DNA of 64,000 nt from contig NC_134031.1 in the NCBI RefSeq assembly GCF_964204645.1, forward strand, positions 7,254,001-7,318,000, read 5' to 3'. The notes under the pieces are model-generated. The model did not search any database. It was not told the DNA's origin and saw nothing but the letters and a program-made list of their open reading frames with translations. This document shows positions 37,999 through 52,120 of this stretch, piece by piece. The translations under genes were made by a program, and so were the position numbers. The first letter of the stretch is position 1. Every line of letters begins with the position of its first letter. This DNA comes from Tubulanus polymorphus. Its lineage: Eukaryota > Animalia > Nemertea.

Positions 37999-38310
37999 AG
38001 ACGATTCCTAGATAGTCTGCGCGATCGGCGCGCGCGATGCGAACTTGACAGACGATTAGCTACACATAAACTATAAACAGCGCTCAGTCGCTGCTCCATA
38101 CCGAAACATCAACCAGATAAAATAAAAGATTCAGAAATGAAAGTAGCTTTTAATATATCACAAAGCATTCCCAAACACTCTTTCAACGTTTTAACGTAAG
38201 ATATAGGAAATTCGACTAGAAATGAAAGTTCAACTCCAGAATAGGTCAAAATAGTTCCATCGTGCAGGGTTTTCTTAAATGAGGGGAGTGGTTCGGTTTC
38301 AAATTGCCGC

Positions 38311-39370
38311 CAGAAACCTGATCGTCGACCATTTCTTGGGTCGGCAATCGGCAATCAGAAACTTGATTGTCGACCATTTTTCGGGTCGGCAATCGGCAAT
38401 TGGCAATCAGAAACCAATCACCCACAGCATCTATTTCACCCTCACAATCGCAGTATCTATATCGCCATCACAATCGCAGGATCTATATCACCCTCACAAT
38501 CACAACATCTATATCGCCCTCACAATCACAGCATCTATATCGCCCTCACAATCACAGCATCTATATCACCCTCACAATCACAATTACATCTATTTCACCC
38601 TCACAATCGCAGCATCTATATCGCCATCACAATCACAGCATCTATATCGCCCTCACAATCGCAGCATCTATATCGCCATCACAATCACAGCATCTATAAA
38701 GCCCTCACAATCGCAGCATCTATATCGCCCTCACAATCACAGCATCTATATCGCCCTTACAATCACAGCATCTATATCGCCCTCACAATCACAGCATGTA
38801 TATCGCCCTCACAATCGCAGCATCTATATCACCCTCACAATCGCAGCATCTATATCGCCCTCGCAATCACCATTCTGAAATCTTACAGGAGTTGCTAACA
38901 CAACCGGACACACAACTTCCAGCTACGCAATAACTCGGTTTCAACACCAATTTCAACTCCTTATTATATCGCAGTTGAATGGTTGTTCAATATTGACAGT
39001 TCTCTGAATTTTATAAACATAGAATATATAACTCTGCAAAAGTTTTACTTTTCCTGAAATGTTGACGAGAATGACCAGAATATATCACCGACTATCGACT
39101 ATCAGCTTTCTGATTGCCGACTGCCGACCCGGAAAATGGTCGACAATCAGGTTTCTGATTGCCGATTGTCGACCCGAGAAATGGTCGACATTCAAGTTTC
39201 TGATTGCCGATTGCCGACCCGAGAAATGGTCGACAATCAGGTTTCTGATTGCCGATTGCCGACCCGAAAAATGGTCGACAATCAGGTTTCTGATTGCCGA
39301 TTGCCGATTGCCGACTCGAGAAATGGTCGACTATCAGGTTTCTGATTGCCGATTGCCGACTGTCGACTTC
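38311..39370. repeat. Foldback-like structure: inverted arrays of a 45-bp unit flanking a 26-bp minisatellite
   Basis: Left arm 38311-38415 (~2.3 units of CAGAAACCTGATTGTCGACCATTTCTCGGGTCGGCAATCGGCAAT); right arm ~39095-39370 (~6 units, reverse complement; ATGGTCGAC at 39136, 39181, 39226, 39271, 39323); central GCATCTATATCGCCCTCACAATCACA x ~17 (38420-38870). Confidence 0.85.
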
Positions 39371-40789
39371 TGAATATTACTTCACGTGCCTCTTTCTATC
39401 GATATGCGCGTATTAATACTTTTCTCAGTGAAAATGTTGGAACCAACCCGCAGATCTACTTTTACCTGTTCTGGAGTTGAGCCCAGATCTTTTTGACAGT
39501 TTAACTGTCCCGTTACAACGCTCTTTATTATTGTGAAGCGAATCCAACTCGAAACACATGAAACCAATCAAAATTCGACTGCCTTTGCAGTTACAGTGCA
39601 TCGATGCAAAATTAAGAAATAGTAAATTCAGTTTTTTGCATCGTATGCTTCACAATTTCACATACATCAAATGTGAAAATTTAGTTAGCTCCCTTTTCTT
39701 TTTTATACAGGGATACTGGTATCATCCATTCATTATCAAATTGTGACAAGCCCCTGTGCTTTTTTGATATGATATATAGTTTATGGGGATTAAACGCTCA
39801 AACAAAAGAAATATTCTGCACCAAATATCCCAAGATACGCGATTTTTGCCTGTCGCAGTGAAACCCTCAGAAGATAAAATCATCTCCGTTACTTCATATA
39901 TGAGCCTAAAGCTACTCATTTGCCCTTTACCTAACAAGCTATTGATATGATGAATAAATTTCACTTTATAGAGCTACAAACATCAGTGCATGCCATAGCT
40001 GTCGCGAAAATATCGACCAGACGTTAGGCCAAAAATTGAGGACTGCGTTTGCAAGGCAAAAATTGTATAGTACGGCATTTCAGGTTTTAAATATATCGTG
40101 CAATAAACGTTATTTCATTGTTTTGACTGTGTCCAGAAGCCACAGAAACATAGATTTTTGACTTCTTACGATTCTGTTTGCAAGACACGTTACTATCATT
40201 CCCCGAATAATTTTACCAAATCAAAACGGATCTTTTCCATACGTTACGTCAGTTGAGATGGGTGTTTCAATGATCATTTTATCTGTTTGATAACTTGTCT
40301 TGTATGGACGCGTCGGGAGATATCGCTTGATGAAGATAATGGCCACAAGATATGTTACCACACGATACGTTACCTTAATCAATTTTTTTTTTTGCGAAAT
40401 CACGCTTTATTTCTAGGTAGCGATGTAATTTTCATAAATAGGGCATAGGAATGAATGTATAATCCTATATAAAAGTTGTTTCCTGTGTGTAAAACATGTA
40501 CTACGTTGAAGAGGTTACGTATCTGGTCTTTGTAACGGTCTGGCTCATACTGCTCGTAGAAATATCTATCGCGTTAAAATCTTCTAAGTACATGTTATAA
40601 TTGATTGCCAATGGTCTTTATCCCGGCTGTTCTTGATGAAATATGGGAGTCTTACCATTTCGCGATCATTCCGTGTGCTCCCAGAGTTAACTATCCGAAA
40701 ACTGTTTTGACGACTGCCTACATAAGCGAAAAGCGCTTCGGCCTAACCGTATAATTTGCCGGCACTAGCCATTAACCCTTCAGCCATTA

Positions 40790-41105
40790 CTTACGGTACA
40801 CAATCTCCACTGCCCAATCTCACTAGTTGGCACAAATCTTCTATATCAAACCTCACTAGTTAATGCAAATCTTCACCGCCCAACCTCACCTAGTTAGTGC
40901 ACAATTTTCAATGTCCAATCTCACCAGTTGGTACAAATTCTCACAGGCTAAACCTCACGAGTTGGCATATAATCCTCAATGTCCAACCTTACTAGTTGGC
41001 ACAAATCAGCAATTCCAACTTCACGAGTTGGTACAGAATCTTCAATGTCCAACCTCACAAAGTGGTACGAAACATCCGAACTCTTAACCTCACTAGTTGG
41101 CAAAG
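40790..41105. repeat. Degenerate ~33-bp minisatellite
   Basis: CTCACTAGTTGGCACAAATCTTCAATGTCCAAC-like unit, about 9 diverged copies. Confidence 0.8.
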
Positions 41106-42189
41106 AAATTAAGTTACAAACGGAACGCCCACCAGAGGGAAGTCGACCGATCGAGCTGAAGTCTTCAGGCAAAATTTGTTGCGTCAGATTATTACACTGG
41201 TGTCGCTGGTGTCACTGAGCGTCGAGACACAGCTAGCCACATAAAGTTATACCCGTACTTGAACTCAAAGCAATGGCAATAAAACTATTTAAACAGAATA
41301 AATATGTATTTTACACATTGATATAAACATAGCATTTTACAAGAAACAGTCAACTTATCCATTATACCCATCAGTAAAACCCTTGGTCCAAATCAACTAT
41401 AGTAACACGTTAAACATTTTATTTCAACTCCAGTGAACCACGCACTGCAACAGTGAAGCAAGCAACAAAAGAAGAATTTGATATTTCTGTTTTTTAAATG
41501 CACAAACTGATATCGAACATAGAACTTGCAGTTTAGATTTCATTATATATTCATTGATGGTCCGTATACAGTAATCGTTGTTGATATATTATTTACAATA
41601 ACAGAGACATTTAACTTTTTTTCATACAAATGACTAGAATATCAATAGCTTTGTCTTTAGTCTGGGGTAAGTAATTTGTGTATACGAGGTCCTAACATGG
41701 AGCTAAATCCGTGACGATCCTTAACCACCTAAGGTAATCTAGAGAATGGGGCCAGTAGTTGAAAATATGACTAAGGTTAACCAGCGGGCGAACACTCATG
41801 TACCCGGTGGTTTTTTTACAGTCACTACAACCACCGCGATCACACGGAGACAATTTGGCCCGGGCCAAATTTGCCGAGATCAGGACTGAGTGAAATTTGG
41901 CCTGTGCCTGATTAGAGAGTGCTCTCACACATAGACCAATGGCTCAATACTATACAAAGCTCATACAGAGCAAAGTGAATCATCTCAAGAACCAGCTGAA
42001 ATTCACATTTGACCTGTGCTAAAATTCGGCTCGGACATTGTCCAACGTTTTTGGGTTGGCCCAATTTTGGCACAGACCAAAGACATTTGTGCGATCGCAG
42101 CTTATATCAGTCATGCAGAGGATAACATTCACTGTAGTCACTATGCCAGTTATTCAGAGGTTAGCTTTCACCCAATGGTTGACTGTAAA

Positions 42190-43446
42190 AACTAGGGGTC
42201 CAGGGACACCATGCCCACTTGGGAAGTGGTTTCAAATGCTCTACAATCTAACAATTTCAACATTCAACGCCCCTAGGTGACCATTTACAAAAACCAATGA
42301 CCTTGAAACTCACCACAATCATAGAACCTGTCAGCAGCTACGATTTTGTAATTGATTGTGATAACAAAATATGCCTCGTTACCAATTTAATATGGAAATA
42401 CTAAGTCATTCTACTATTCAACGCCCCCTGGTGACCATATTCAAAACCCAACGACCTCAAAACTCACCACAATCATAGAACATGTCATGAACTACAACTT
42501 TGCAATTGATCATGGTAACAAAATATGCCTAGGTACCAATATAATAAGGAAATACTAAGTTATTCTACTATTCAACGCCCCCTGGTGACCATATAGATAA
42601 ACTTATGTCCTTAAAACTCGCAAGATGATGTCATGAGCTACAACTTTGCAATTGATTGTGGTTACAAAATATGCATAGGTACGAATATAATAAAGAAATG
42701 CTAAGATATTGTATTATTCAACGCCCCCTGGTGGCCATATACAAAATCCAATTACCATGAAACTCACCACAATCATAGAACACGTTATGAGCTTCAACTT
42801 TCTAATTGATTGTGGTAGCAAAATATGCTTACGTATCAATATTATTTGGAAAAACTTTTTCCCACTTACGAATGAGTACTGGTGACACAAAGATGGCCGC
42901 CAATTGCGTCATAATTGGCTGATGAAAAATACCTATCTCAGGTATAAAACATCCCTTTCCAAAGAATACCCATCACAAATTGCAATGAGAAATGATAAAC
43001 CAGTAGGAAGCTACAGGACTCAGAATTTGGGCCAAAATTAACATTTTTGGGCACTAAAAAGGTCATAGGACGGCCATCTTGAGTCCGATCGACCCAATTT
43101 TTGTTATGTTGATGGGCCCTGGGGGAATTCACATATATCCGAAAGATCAAGGTAATTGATCAGAGCGTCTTCAAAATTTCCCTCAAAAAGTTCAAAAATG
43201 TGTAAAAAGTGCTGATTTTGACGAACAACAATGGCTGCCAGTCGGCCATCTTGATTCTGACGGGGCAGTTTTTGGGCTGAAGATGTGTCTAGGGTAGAAA
43301 CATGTGTAACCCAAATATCAAGACGTTACCTTGAAGCGTCTTCAAAACTTCCCAAAATAACTGGATTCCGTCTATGGACGGATGGACGGACGACGGACGA
43401 AAAGTGAACGCAATAGCCCTCTGGGACTAAAGTCCCAAGTGGGCTA
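42190..43446 (+). mobile_element. Pearl-like / Helentron-associated interspersed element (HINE) with ~155-bp core repeats
   Basis: Subterminal inverted repeat GCCCACTTGGGA (42213-42224) / TCCCAAGTGGGC (~43433-43444); terminal hairpin TAGCCCTCTGGGACT-AA-AGTCCCAAGTGGGCTA; (GACG/GGAC)n at 43375-43400; four core repeats starting TCAACGCCCC at ~42263, 42418, 42572 and 42718; A-run flanks. Confidence 0.8.
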
Positions 43447-43831
43447 AAAACCCTAGTTTCAAGCGAGGCGAATGGTTTACCGATTAGATCGGTATTGAGG
43501 AAGAAGTATACTCATACCAATCCGCGTTAGTACTGTGGATCATCAATCGGATACTGATAAAAGCAATTTGACTTATTACAAATAACGGCTGTCTGAGTTG
43601 GATTATGTATGTCTTAAAACATTTTACAACCCCTACATAATAAATAGATCAAAATCTCCGAAGATATTAATTTCAATTGATGAATATCTTATCTCGCGGA
43701 TTGATGTTTATAGAACATCCGAGTCCTCGTTGGAATGTGAGGCTTCATTGGTGGTGCGGCTTTGACAGAGTCCAAATATTTGTGTCCCTCACACGTAACT
43801 ACATACTACATTTGACATTTATTTCTGCGGC

Positions 43832-46650
43832 TTACGTTTTCTTCGTTTTCTGAATGATTATCGGAACTGAAAATAAAGAAATGGTTTTCATCGAATATCC
43901 ATAGATGCATGTTTGAAAACATGGTATGATTATGGTTCAAGATGCATTTTGTTTCAAAAACCTCAAACTATTTAGGCACAAAGGTTACATGTGGTACTCA
44001 AATACTGGTTTGTTAAGGCTTTTGACCTTTATCAAGGAAAGGTGCAAACTCACCGAATATAATCAATAAAACGATTATTATGATAGCGGCAACTAAAATT
44101 CTCATCTGAAAAGAAAAACAATATCAATCGTTAGTACACACTTGTATACCATAGCTTCATACCGAAAAGCCTCAGGGCACGTTTTTGTAAAACAGCAAAG
44201 TTAGCCCTGCAGACAAATCCCCGACTTGCTAAAATGAGGAACAATTGGAATTAATTTTCTCCAATTGACCCCCTCACCCAGAGTAGAATTTTCACCCTGT
44301 TAATTGAACTGGCCTTCGGTGAGTATACACAATTCTCACAAGATGATATAGTATGCTTTTCTTACCTTACATTCACGCCACCACATGGTCGTTTTCAAAC
44401 CTTTAGCTCTAACTCGGAACAGATCGGCATTGCTGGTTAAATTTTCTATGGAAAATAAAAACAACTGAATATACAATAGATGATCTCTAAGGCAAAATCT
44501 ACTATACTGAACATCCATTGATTAAACAGTGGACTAAACTAGTATACTTGTATATCTAGTTTATACGTCTGTAATTTAACATAAGATCAGATAATTGGAT
44601 CGGAGCTTTAAGTGGGAAAACACCACATATGTCACCCCGCTATGTTAAAAGTTACGGTAGCCATTTCGAAACATTGAGTAACATGATTTTCATGATAGCT
44701 GGACCGAGCCCATCTTAACTTTCAAGTTTGAAGAAGATTGCACCTCATATGAAGTGCGTAGAGCGCCAACGAGAAATCATATTTTCCTTGGTGGCTACTT
44801 AGTGATAGTGAGACACCTGATTTTGTAATCCAATTTGAAGAAAACCGCACTATATTCATAGCGTCTAGGGCACTGACAAGAAATTCAAAAAATCTGCAAT
44901 GGTGCCCATATTGGCACAGCTGGAAACTTGATTTTCAATGGTTCTAATCAATGAACTTACCCCGTTTCACCTATTTATATAAAAAGTAATCGCACATTAT
45001 TTGGAGAGTGTAAAACGCTAATGAGAGATTCCAGATGACCACCTTGGTGGCCATTGCGGGACAGCGAGAAACCTGATTCATGATGGTGTACTCTCATGTG
45101 TGTTGAGCGGGAAAAATGAGAGGGAAAAACGCACAGCACCCCTCTCCCTAGTGGGGTGACCTAATAATTACAATTTTGATTATACACTTTGTGTGGTAAA
45201 TCTTACCAGATTTATCTTGTAAATCCTCTAATCTATCACCTCGATCGAGAACTTTACCAATATTATCTTGCATAACATCAACGACTTCATCCACCTGACC
45301 TTGGAGTCTAAAATTATCAATATAGAATTGTGAATTTCGATGGTTTTTCCTGAAGCAACAACTTAATTTGAGCAACAACGGGATGGCTATTTTGCTCAAC
45401 ACTGAAATACCATGGTAGCAAATAAAATTATAGTGGAATCTCATTACAACGACCTCGATATGGCATAGAACTATAAGTGAACTATACATTTGCCTTTGCG
45501 AGCTTTGAAATTGATCAGCTCCCTAACCGTAGATGAACAATCAATTCTTGGCAATATTTTCAATAATATGTTCTCCCGAGCATTGAGGACAGCTTTTTTC
45601 AAGGCTCAGTTAAGCTTTAAGACTTAAAGAATAATGAAAAACGCTTAAAGGATTGGGACCGACAACCAGTCTACAAAATTTATCGTTTAAATCGCAAACG
45701 ATGGAGCGTTGATCAAAACACAAGGGGACAGCTGCTCAAAGGTCGGTTAAAGATAACCGGCGCATAAATACCATAGTAACAATGAACTAAACCAACTTTT
45801 GAGCAACTGGCCCGAGATTACTCGCGGTGCCTAGTGGATTTGTGAGGAGTTCGCTAAGAGATCTGTGGATGGTAACAATTTATCTGTCATTAGAAACCTA
45901 GAATAGGTAAATTGTAATAAATTCATTCTAGATATAATGATCGGCTATGACAAAAAAATTGATTTCGTCTTCTAAGTTTTGTTGTATCGATGTCCCACAG
46001 TGTGTATTTTAAACCCTCAATCACGACTTACCTTTTAATCTTATCATTCGGTCCTGGTTTAGCATTTTGTCCGCTGAAACGGGAATAGATAATCTTAAGT
46101 TTACTTTTTTTCAAGTAACGACATTGTAAATGAACTAATTTTAACTCAAGGGTCAAACTAACGGACTACAAAACTGAGTCCCTTACTGTGACGAAATTGA
46201 CGTTGTTTTGTGAATGATATTTGGCATTAGAGACGATCCATTGAAAAGACATGTACATAGGGATACAGTTGTAAATAGCATTGAAGTGTTTAATTCTACC
46301 CTCCCTGCTTGTGCACGTTATTAGTAGACACCTAACTTACTTCAGAAAGAAATCTTCTTCATCAGAATCACCATCCAACAAACTGACCTGCAGCAGAATT
46401 ATGAATTCGTTAGATAATGGTCTTTAGGGGCCTACTGAGCAACTGGTTCCCGAGTAACTTTATTCATCACTGGTAATACTGGGCTATGAAATGTAACATT
46501 ATTCACTAAAGGCAGGTCTCAAGCTTTTCAAGCATAAAAATTACCTAATTCAGGCTTAATCTAAAATGAATGTGATTTCATTACCTTTTCTGATTCTCTA
46601 GCTGATGTAAAATCTTGACCAGCAACGTGCCTCTTAAATTTGGGAGGCAT
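43832..46650 (-). CDS. VAMP4: Vesicle-associated membrane protein 4 (R-SNARE), 7 coding exons, 140 aa
   Basis: Exons 46585-46650, 46341-46387, 46032-46073, 45207-45307, 44366-44445, 44054-44105, 43832-43866 total 423 nt. Protein MPPKFKRH...EKVSLLDGDSDEEDFFL...NDKIKRLQGQVDEVVDVMQDNIGKVLDRGDRLEDLQDKS...MWWRECK-TM has the VAMP4 N-terminus, dileucine/acidic cluster and SNARE motif. Confidence 0.96.
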
Positions 46651-49544
46651 GGTTCATGGGTATCGTCTTCTAGCTTCTTGGTATTCTTATATTGCTACTC
46701 GACTGTTCCTGGCCTGTTGTCACCTCTACAAAATATGAAATTCATAGACGTGATGTGTAACATAATAAAGTTGGGGCTCCAAAATCAAAGCCAAAGACAG
46801 ATCACCAATATCAGGTCACTAACTAGGCCAAACTCGGGACCTCAGATGTGCTTTAATGGTAATCAGATAGCCCGCAGAGCTCATGTCCATGCGTGATTCC
46901 ATGTGACTTCACTGTCAAGATGGTTGCAACGCTATAACAGGTTTGTGCCTTAGGCCTATTCCAGTATCGCTTTAGAATTTGCTACCCACTATGTCAATGA
47001 GGTCTACTCTGGCATCCTATTAGTCAGTGTCACTATCAAAGCTAACCTGAGGGGGATGACTGTACTTTAGCCAGGTTTCCCTATAGTTTACCCAATTTGA
47101 CTAATAATAAGCCTACTAATACTACCCATAATCCATAGGCCTACCGGTAGTCACATTGGCGAAACTAGTGGGAAGTAAAACTATGTTGCGATAATGTAAG
47201 AAACAACAAAAACTCAGTTCACTGGACTGAGAACCTTAGTCAGTGGCAGTGGAAAATGGTTAATTGTGACCCCTGCTGCTGGTGCTCTGGTTCACGGGAG
47301 GTCATAATAGTACAATCACCTCTGAGACAACAAGCAAAAGACAATATCCGTGTATGATGAATAAACGCTAGAAATCTATTTATTATTATTTAAACTGGCG
47401 TTTACAATTTACAATCACATCTGCATCTACAAAGTGTCTAAACATCCAAAACTAAACAGCCGCTTTCAGGATCGGACTGGGTGAAGTCATCTCGGTAATT
47501 TTGGTCATATCGGTAATAAAGGCAAAGCCAAACGATGACGAATGATTGGCTTAACAACTCAAAACTGCCTGCACGCAGTCACCACAGGGGCTCGAAGTTA
47601 GACCGAAGTTAGGGGGTGAACTACTGTGGTTTGTGAAAATATCCGATCGTGAAACTAAACCAGACGGGTTACTGACTAGGGTGAACTGCAGCTTAGATCA
47701 TCCAATATCCAAGGTACTATAATCATAAAAATAAATACCGGTAGTACCTAGTACCTTTATAGTATTGAATGATCTAACAGTTCAACAGTTCACCCCCAAA
47801 CTTCAAATACGAGACCCGGTGGACGCAGTTGAGTTGGTAGTTGCTCGTGACATCGTCAACTTCACGCAGTTGCATTAATTATAGACGGACGACGGGCGCC
47901 TAAGGCGCCCGGAGGACGTCCCTTTGATAAACGCGTATATGTGGATTCTAGAAAGTGTCTTTTTAACCGAATCTGACTTACTGACAAAGTCAGAAAAAAA
48001 TGACGTCAGAGTACGTCGGGTTTGAAGTTCATGGGGAAATCGAAAGTAGAATTACGTCACGCTAAAATCCGGCAGCGAAGTAACTAAAATCCGGCAACTT
48101 TTGGATCGGGTGATTTCAGAATGTATTTATTTCGTGAAATTTCGACCAAGATTGGATCTTTGAATCATTTAACAATCAACCGCGTTGATCGAACGAGTTC
48201 AAAATAGCTGAAATTCCCTTAGAAACCGGAGCGAATTCATAGTAACACGGGCCCGCTCCGGCATCGCGCACGGGTTCGAATCCCGGAGAATTACGCTCTA
48301 GCGCGCACGTACAGCAGTCAACCCCAGCCGCAGCACTGAAACATTTAATTATCTTATCAAATTAAATTACTCTAAAACAGCGATGATAGTTAAACTGAGT
48401 GCGTTAGACTGAGTCGTACGATTTGCTTAAAATTTCACGGCAGCGCGGCGGATTGCCGATTGGTCTGGCGCGAGCAGCAGCCCCAACCATCGTGGTCGGC
48501 AACAACATTTAGTCTCTGCCCCTTCTTTCACCAAATAAGGAATTCGGTACCGCTAGCTACGTGCACTGCTTATTTACTTGAGCCGTAGATACCCATACTC
48601 GATATTCCCGAAGGATTAGAAACAAATAAATATTTTTCGTAAGAGAAATCAATTTCTCTTTTTGTATTGACATTTGAATTTTTCTGCTGATAATTAATTA
48701 ATTCGATTCTTTCAGGCAGAAAATAATTTTCCGATTGATGCGTTTCAACGCGTCTTCCATTTTCCTCCGCAATTAAACAATTCGTAGTAATCTTCTTGTC
48801 CTTTTGTTTTCGAATGGTGCTACCGGTAATTTCTAAATTAACAACCAGGTCAAAATTCTTCAATCTTGCAAAAAACCAGTCTCAGTCTAACTCAGTTTCA
48901 CTTCAAAATGTCGGTTAAATAGTGGTTTTGCAAAGTGGTTTAAACCATTGAATAATTCTTGATACACTATAATCTAAATCAAAATAGTTTTTAGCAGTGA
49001 TAAACAGTGCCACGGGTAAGCCATATACCAAAAATTAATATCGATAAATAATTCAGTTGGGAAATTGGGTCAAGTCTTTTTCTGGCAGAATATTGAATTT
49101 CATTATCTTAAAAGCCCAAATTTTCTATAACCAGAAATTAATCAAACCTTAGAGTTACAGTTTCATCGTCTTTCCCCCCTCCCCCAACCCTCTGGCATTA
49201 TTTTTCATTTTGCCAAGTTTTATTTAAGAATTGATATGCTTTGGGCCCACAATTTCAATATGAAATAAAATTGATCAAAGTTACTTTCCAGTTCCATGGG
49301 ATTGACAACAATTAATTTTCTCTGTGTTCCTAGTCACAGAAAATATTTTGAGTGTATTTCGTTATACACTCAAAATACACAATACATACACAATACACAA
49401 TATCAAAATACACGAAGTTGTTTTCGAATCGAAATGATTTGTTAGTATAAAAAATTACGAAGTGGCTACTCGTACGGACCCGTACGAATAATTCCGTAGG
49501 CTATTCGTACACACCCGTCGGATAACTTTGGAATTATGTGTACG

Positions 49545-49750
49545 GGAAGGGATAGGGTTAGGGTAAGGTGAAGCTATATGTAGTTAAAACATTCGACCGA
49601 CTGTCAGCGAGCTCGGTGGTCTAGTGGTATGATGCTGCGCTAGTAATTTACTGGCCCGGGTTCGAATCTCGCTTTATCCGCTATTTTTCTCTAACTCTAT
49701 TCTCCACACTTGAATTTTTAAGTCGTGCACTTCTGTACGCATGCGCGGCG
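49545..49750 (+). repeat. Relative of the telomere-motif element carrying a tRNA-Pro-like cassette (tRNA-derived pseudogene/SINE-like head)
   Basis: GGATAGGGTTAGGGTAAGGTGAAGCTATATGT is shared with 30423-30456. It is followed by GCTCGGTGGTCTAGTGGTATGATGCT (A box, tRNA-Pro-like) and GGTTCGAATCT (B box, 49659-49669). No valid cloverleaf. Confidence 0.6.
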
Positions 49751-51959
49751 TTAATCGGCCAATCAGCAACAGTTATTAGCGCATGGAGTTCGTGAATTGA
49801 CGTAAAATCGGAAAATTCGCGTTTGCAAAGCTGAAAGATCGTATGGATTAACGAAACAACCGCAATATTTAGAAAATATAGAATGTTTTGCGCATTTGAA
49901 GCCCTCGACCATCAAAATCGGTGAAGGATTTCGTGTCGAACTCAACGTTTTAAATTTCGAAATCGGCAAAAACCGGTGTCATAGCATTTTCGGTCCAGGC
50001 GATTTCGGCCCTAATTTCGCGTTCAAAGACATATAATTCACGAACTATTCATTGGAAGTTAACGGGATTAGTTTCGTTAGAAGCCGGAAGCTATTAGCTT
50101 TCATATCATGCCTGGATTATCAAAATCGGACGAGAAATAACGAAATAGTAAGCGACTGAAGTTGAGTAGTTTGTGAGCGTCGTTAGCCCCCTTGTTATTT
50201 TATATATACTATATACATTGGATTAACAGATTATCGTTTTTACATTACCTACAACTCTGATACGAGCCCCTGTGGTGACGAAGCGTCCGTCACTTGGATT
50301 TCATCTATTACATATTACGCAAAACCAAAAGTAATGTGTAGGCCTAATTGTAAATATATTGAAATATAAATCAAGCTATGAAAGACGCGTTTTAATGAAT
50401 CACTGGCAAATACGGAGCAAGATTTTCTAACCTAATATCACGAAAATTGCAAATAAACGAAATATTTTCTCCGTAAAAAAACTTCACCCGGAAGTACGCG
50501 TGAGCTCCACACAAATCGCAAAATGTAGGCATAAAGGGTGGCTCCGACACAATTCGCAAATTCAAATTCAAATATTTATTCAGTATAAACAATTGCACTG
50601 TTTGTGACTGACATTTATACATACATACATGTTACAAAGTGAGAAAAAAAAATAATAATCATTAACATCTGAACAATCTAAACATCTAAACAAGCACTGA
50701 TATAAAACAGATATACATGTAATATGATAGACTATATGCATGGCTTTCAACAAAAAATACTGTATCGGCAGTTGCCAGTGCATGCCAGGAGATGAAGCTG
50801 ATAAAGTTTTAATGACGGCAATCCAAGAAACCGAATGTCAAATGTGACTCTTCTTAGTTTGAAGTCTGAGATTCACTAATCGGTCTTTTCTATTCTTCCT
50901 CTGAAGGCTTCCTAAGTCGACGAAAGATTAATACAAACAGCGCTAATTCTAGAAGACAAACCCAATCTTTTTTCATACCAGTGTTTACAAGTAGCCAACG
51001 CACACGACGCCGCAGCGAAAAATTGAAACAAGACACAGAAACATGTTTCCGAATATTTCCCTACGTCACACGCGAGTTGGGCATTAAATGTACATACTAT
51101 ATGGTGTGTTCGAATCTAAATCTTAAACATTTCGTGCTCCACGAAGGTTGACTAAGCTCTTTGTGAAATATTGAAAACGAATCCCGCTCTGTTGTCACGA
51201 TCTTGTTCTTAAATGTGATGAAAATTCTAATTTTTGCGATTTGGTATAAATAACGGACAGGCGCTCAATTACTGCGACGCACGCTCAGTCGGGATCTCGA
51301 TTACCGTATTTTTTCGAAAATTCGCTTTGTAAATATAAAATCAATCGAAAAGTGGTCGCAAGAACGCGTTCACGGTAGGATTTACTTTCACTCATATTTG
51401 AAACTTAGAGAACAATTTAAACGCTCAAAATTCAGCCATAGACTGAAGTAATGTACACGTAGGTCCACGCACAAAAACAGAAGTTTTAAATTTGTCAGAA
51501 TATTATTTCATTTTATTTTCATGAAATTATACATGAAAACCCGTGCTTGATATTCGAAGAAGTTGTTTATCCGGATCTGTCATGCGCGTTAGAAAAAAGA
51601 AAATCCCGCGAAAATACAATAGAATCATAGTTAATGATCACAACATACAAGTTGAATACATATAATCTGACAAACACAATGAATACTACTATGTACAATG
51701 TATATCGATTCTAAAGATACGACATCGAATCCAGTTATCTCGTTAGTTTTCAATTAAAAGAACAAAATACTTTTAATTTAGACCAAAATCTTTACCAACC
51801 TAGCAGAAGCCATTAATTCCACAGTTAAGAGTTAGAGTTAAAACTTCTTGTTTTGAATTTCAAATATCAAACTCTGACTTAAATTCGAACTAAGGATCCA
51901 AGTTCATTAAGCGTGGGTTAAGATTTAACATAAGGGTAAACATTGAAGATAAAATCTGA

Positions 51960-52120
51960 CACAGGATCCAGTTCCACAAAGTTCGGGATCAAGTTCCACA
52001 GTTCAGGACCCAGTTCCCCAATTCTGGATCCAGTTCCACAGTTCTGGATCCAGTTCCGCAGTTCGGGATCCACTTCCACAGTTCGGGATCCAGTTCCGCA
52101 GTTCAGGGTCCAGTTTCACT
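51960..52120. repeat. ~20-bp minisatellite GGATCCAGTTCCACAGTTC(G/T)
   Basis: About 8 tandem units seen directly. Confidence 0.85.

Noticed and set aside
38279-39373. Repetitive ORFs and a CRISPR-like appearance of the 26-bp and 45-bp arrays
   Set aside because: Units are head-to-tail with no unique spacers, there are no cas genes, and the context is eukaryotic.
49606-49685. Functional tRNA-Pro gene
   Set aside because: A and B boxes are present but acceptor and anticodon stems do not pair; treated as tRNA-derived repeat.
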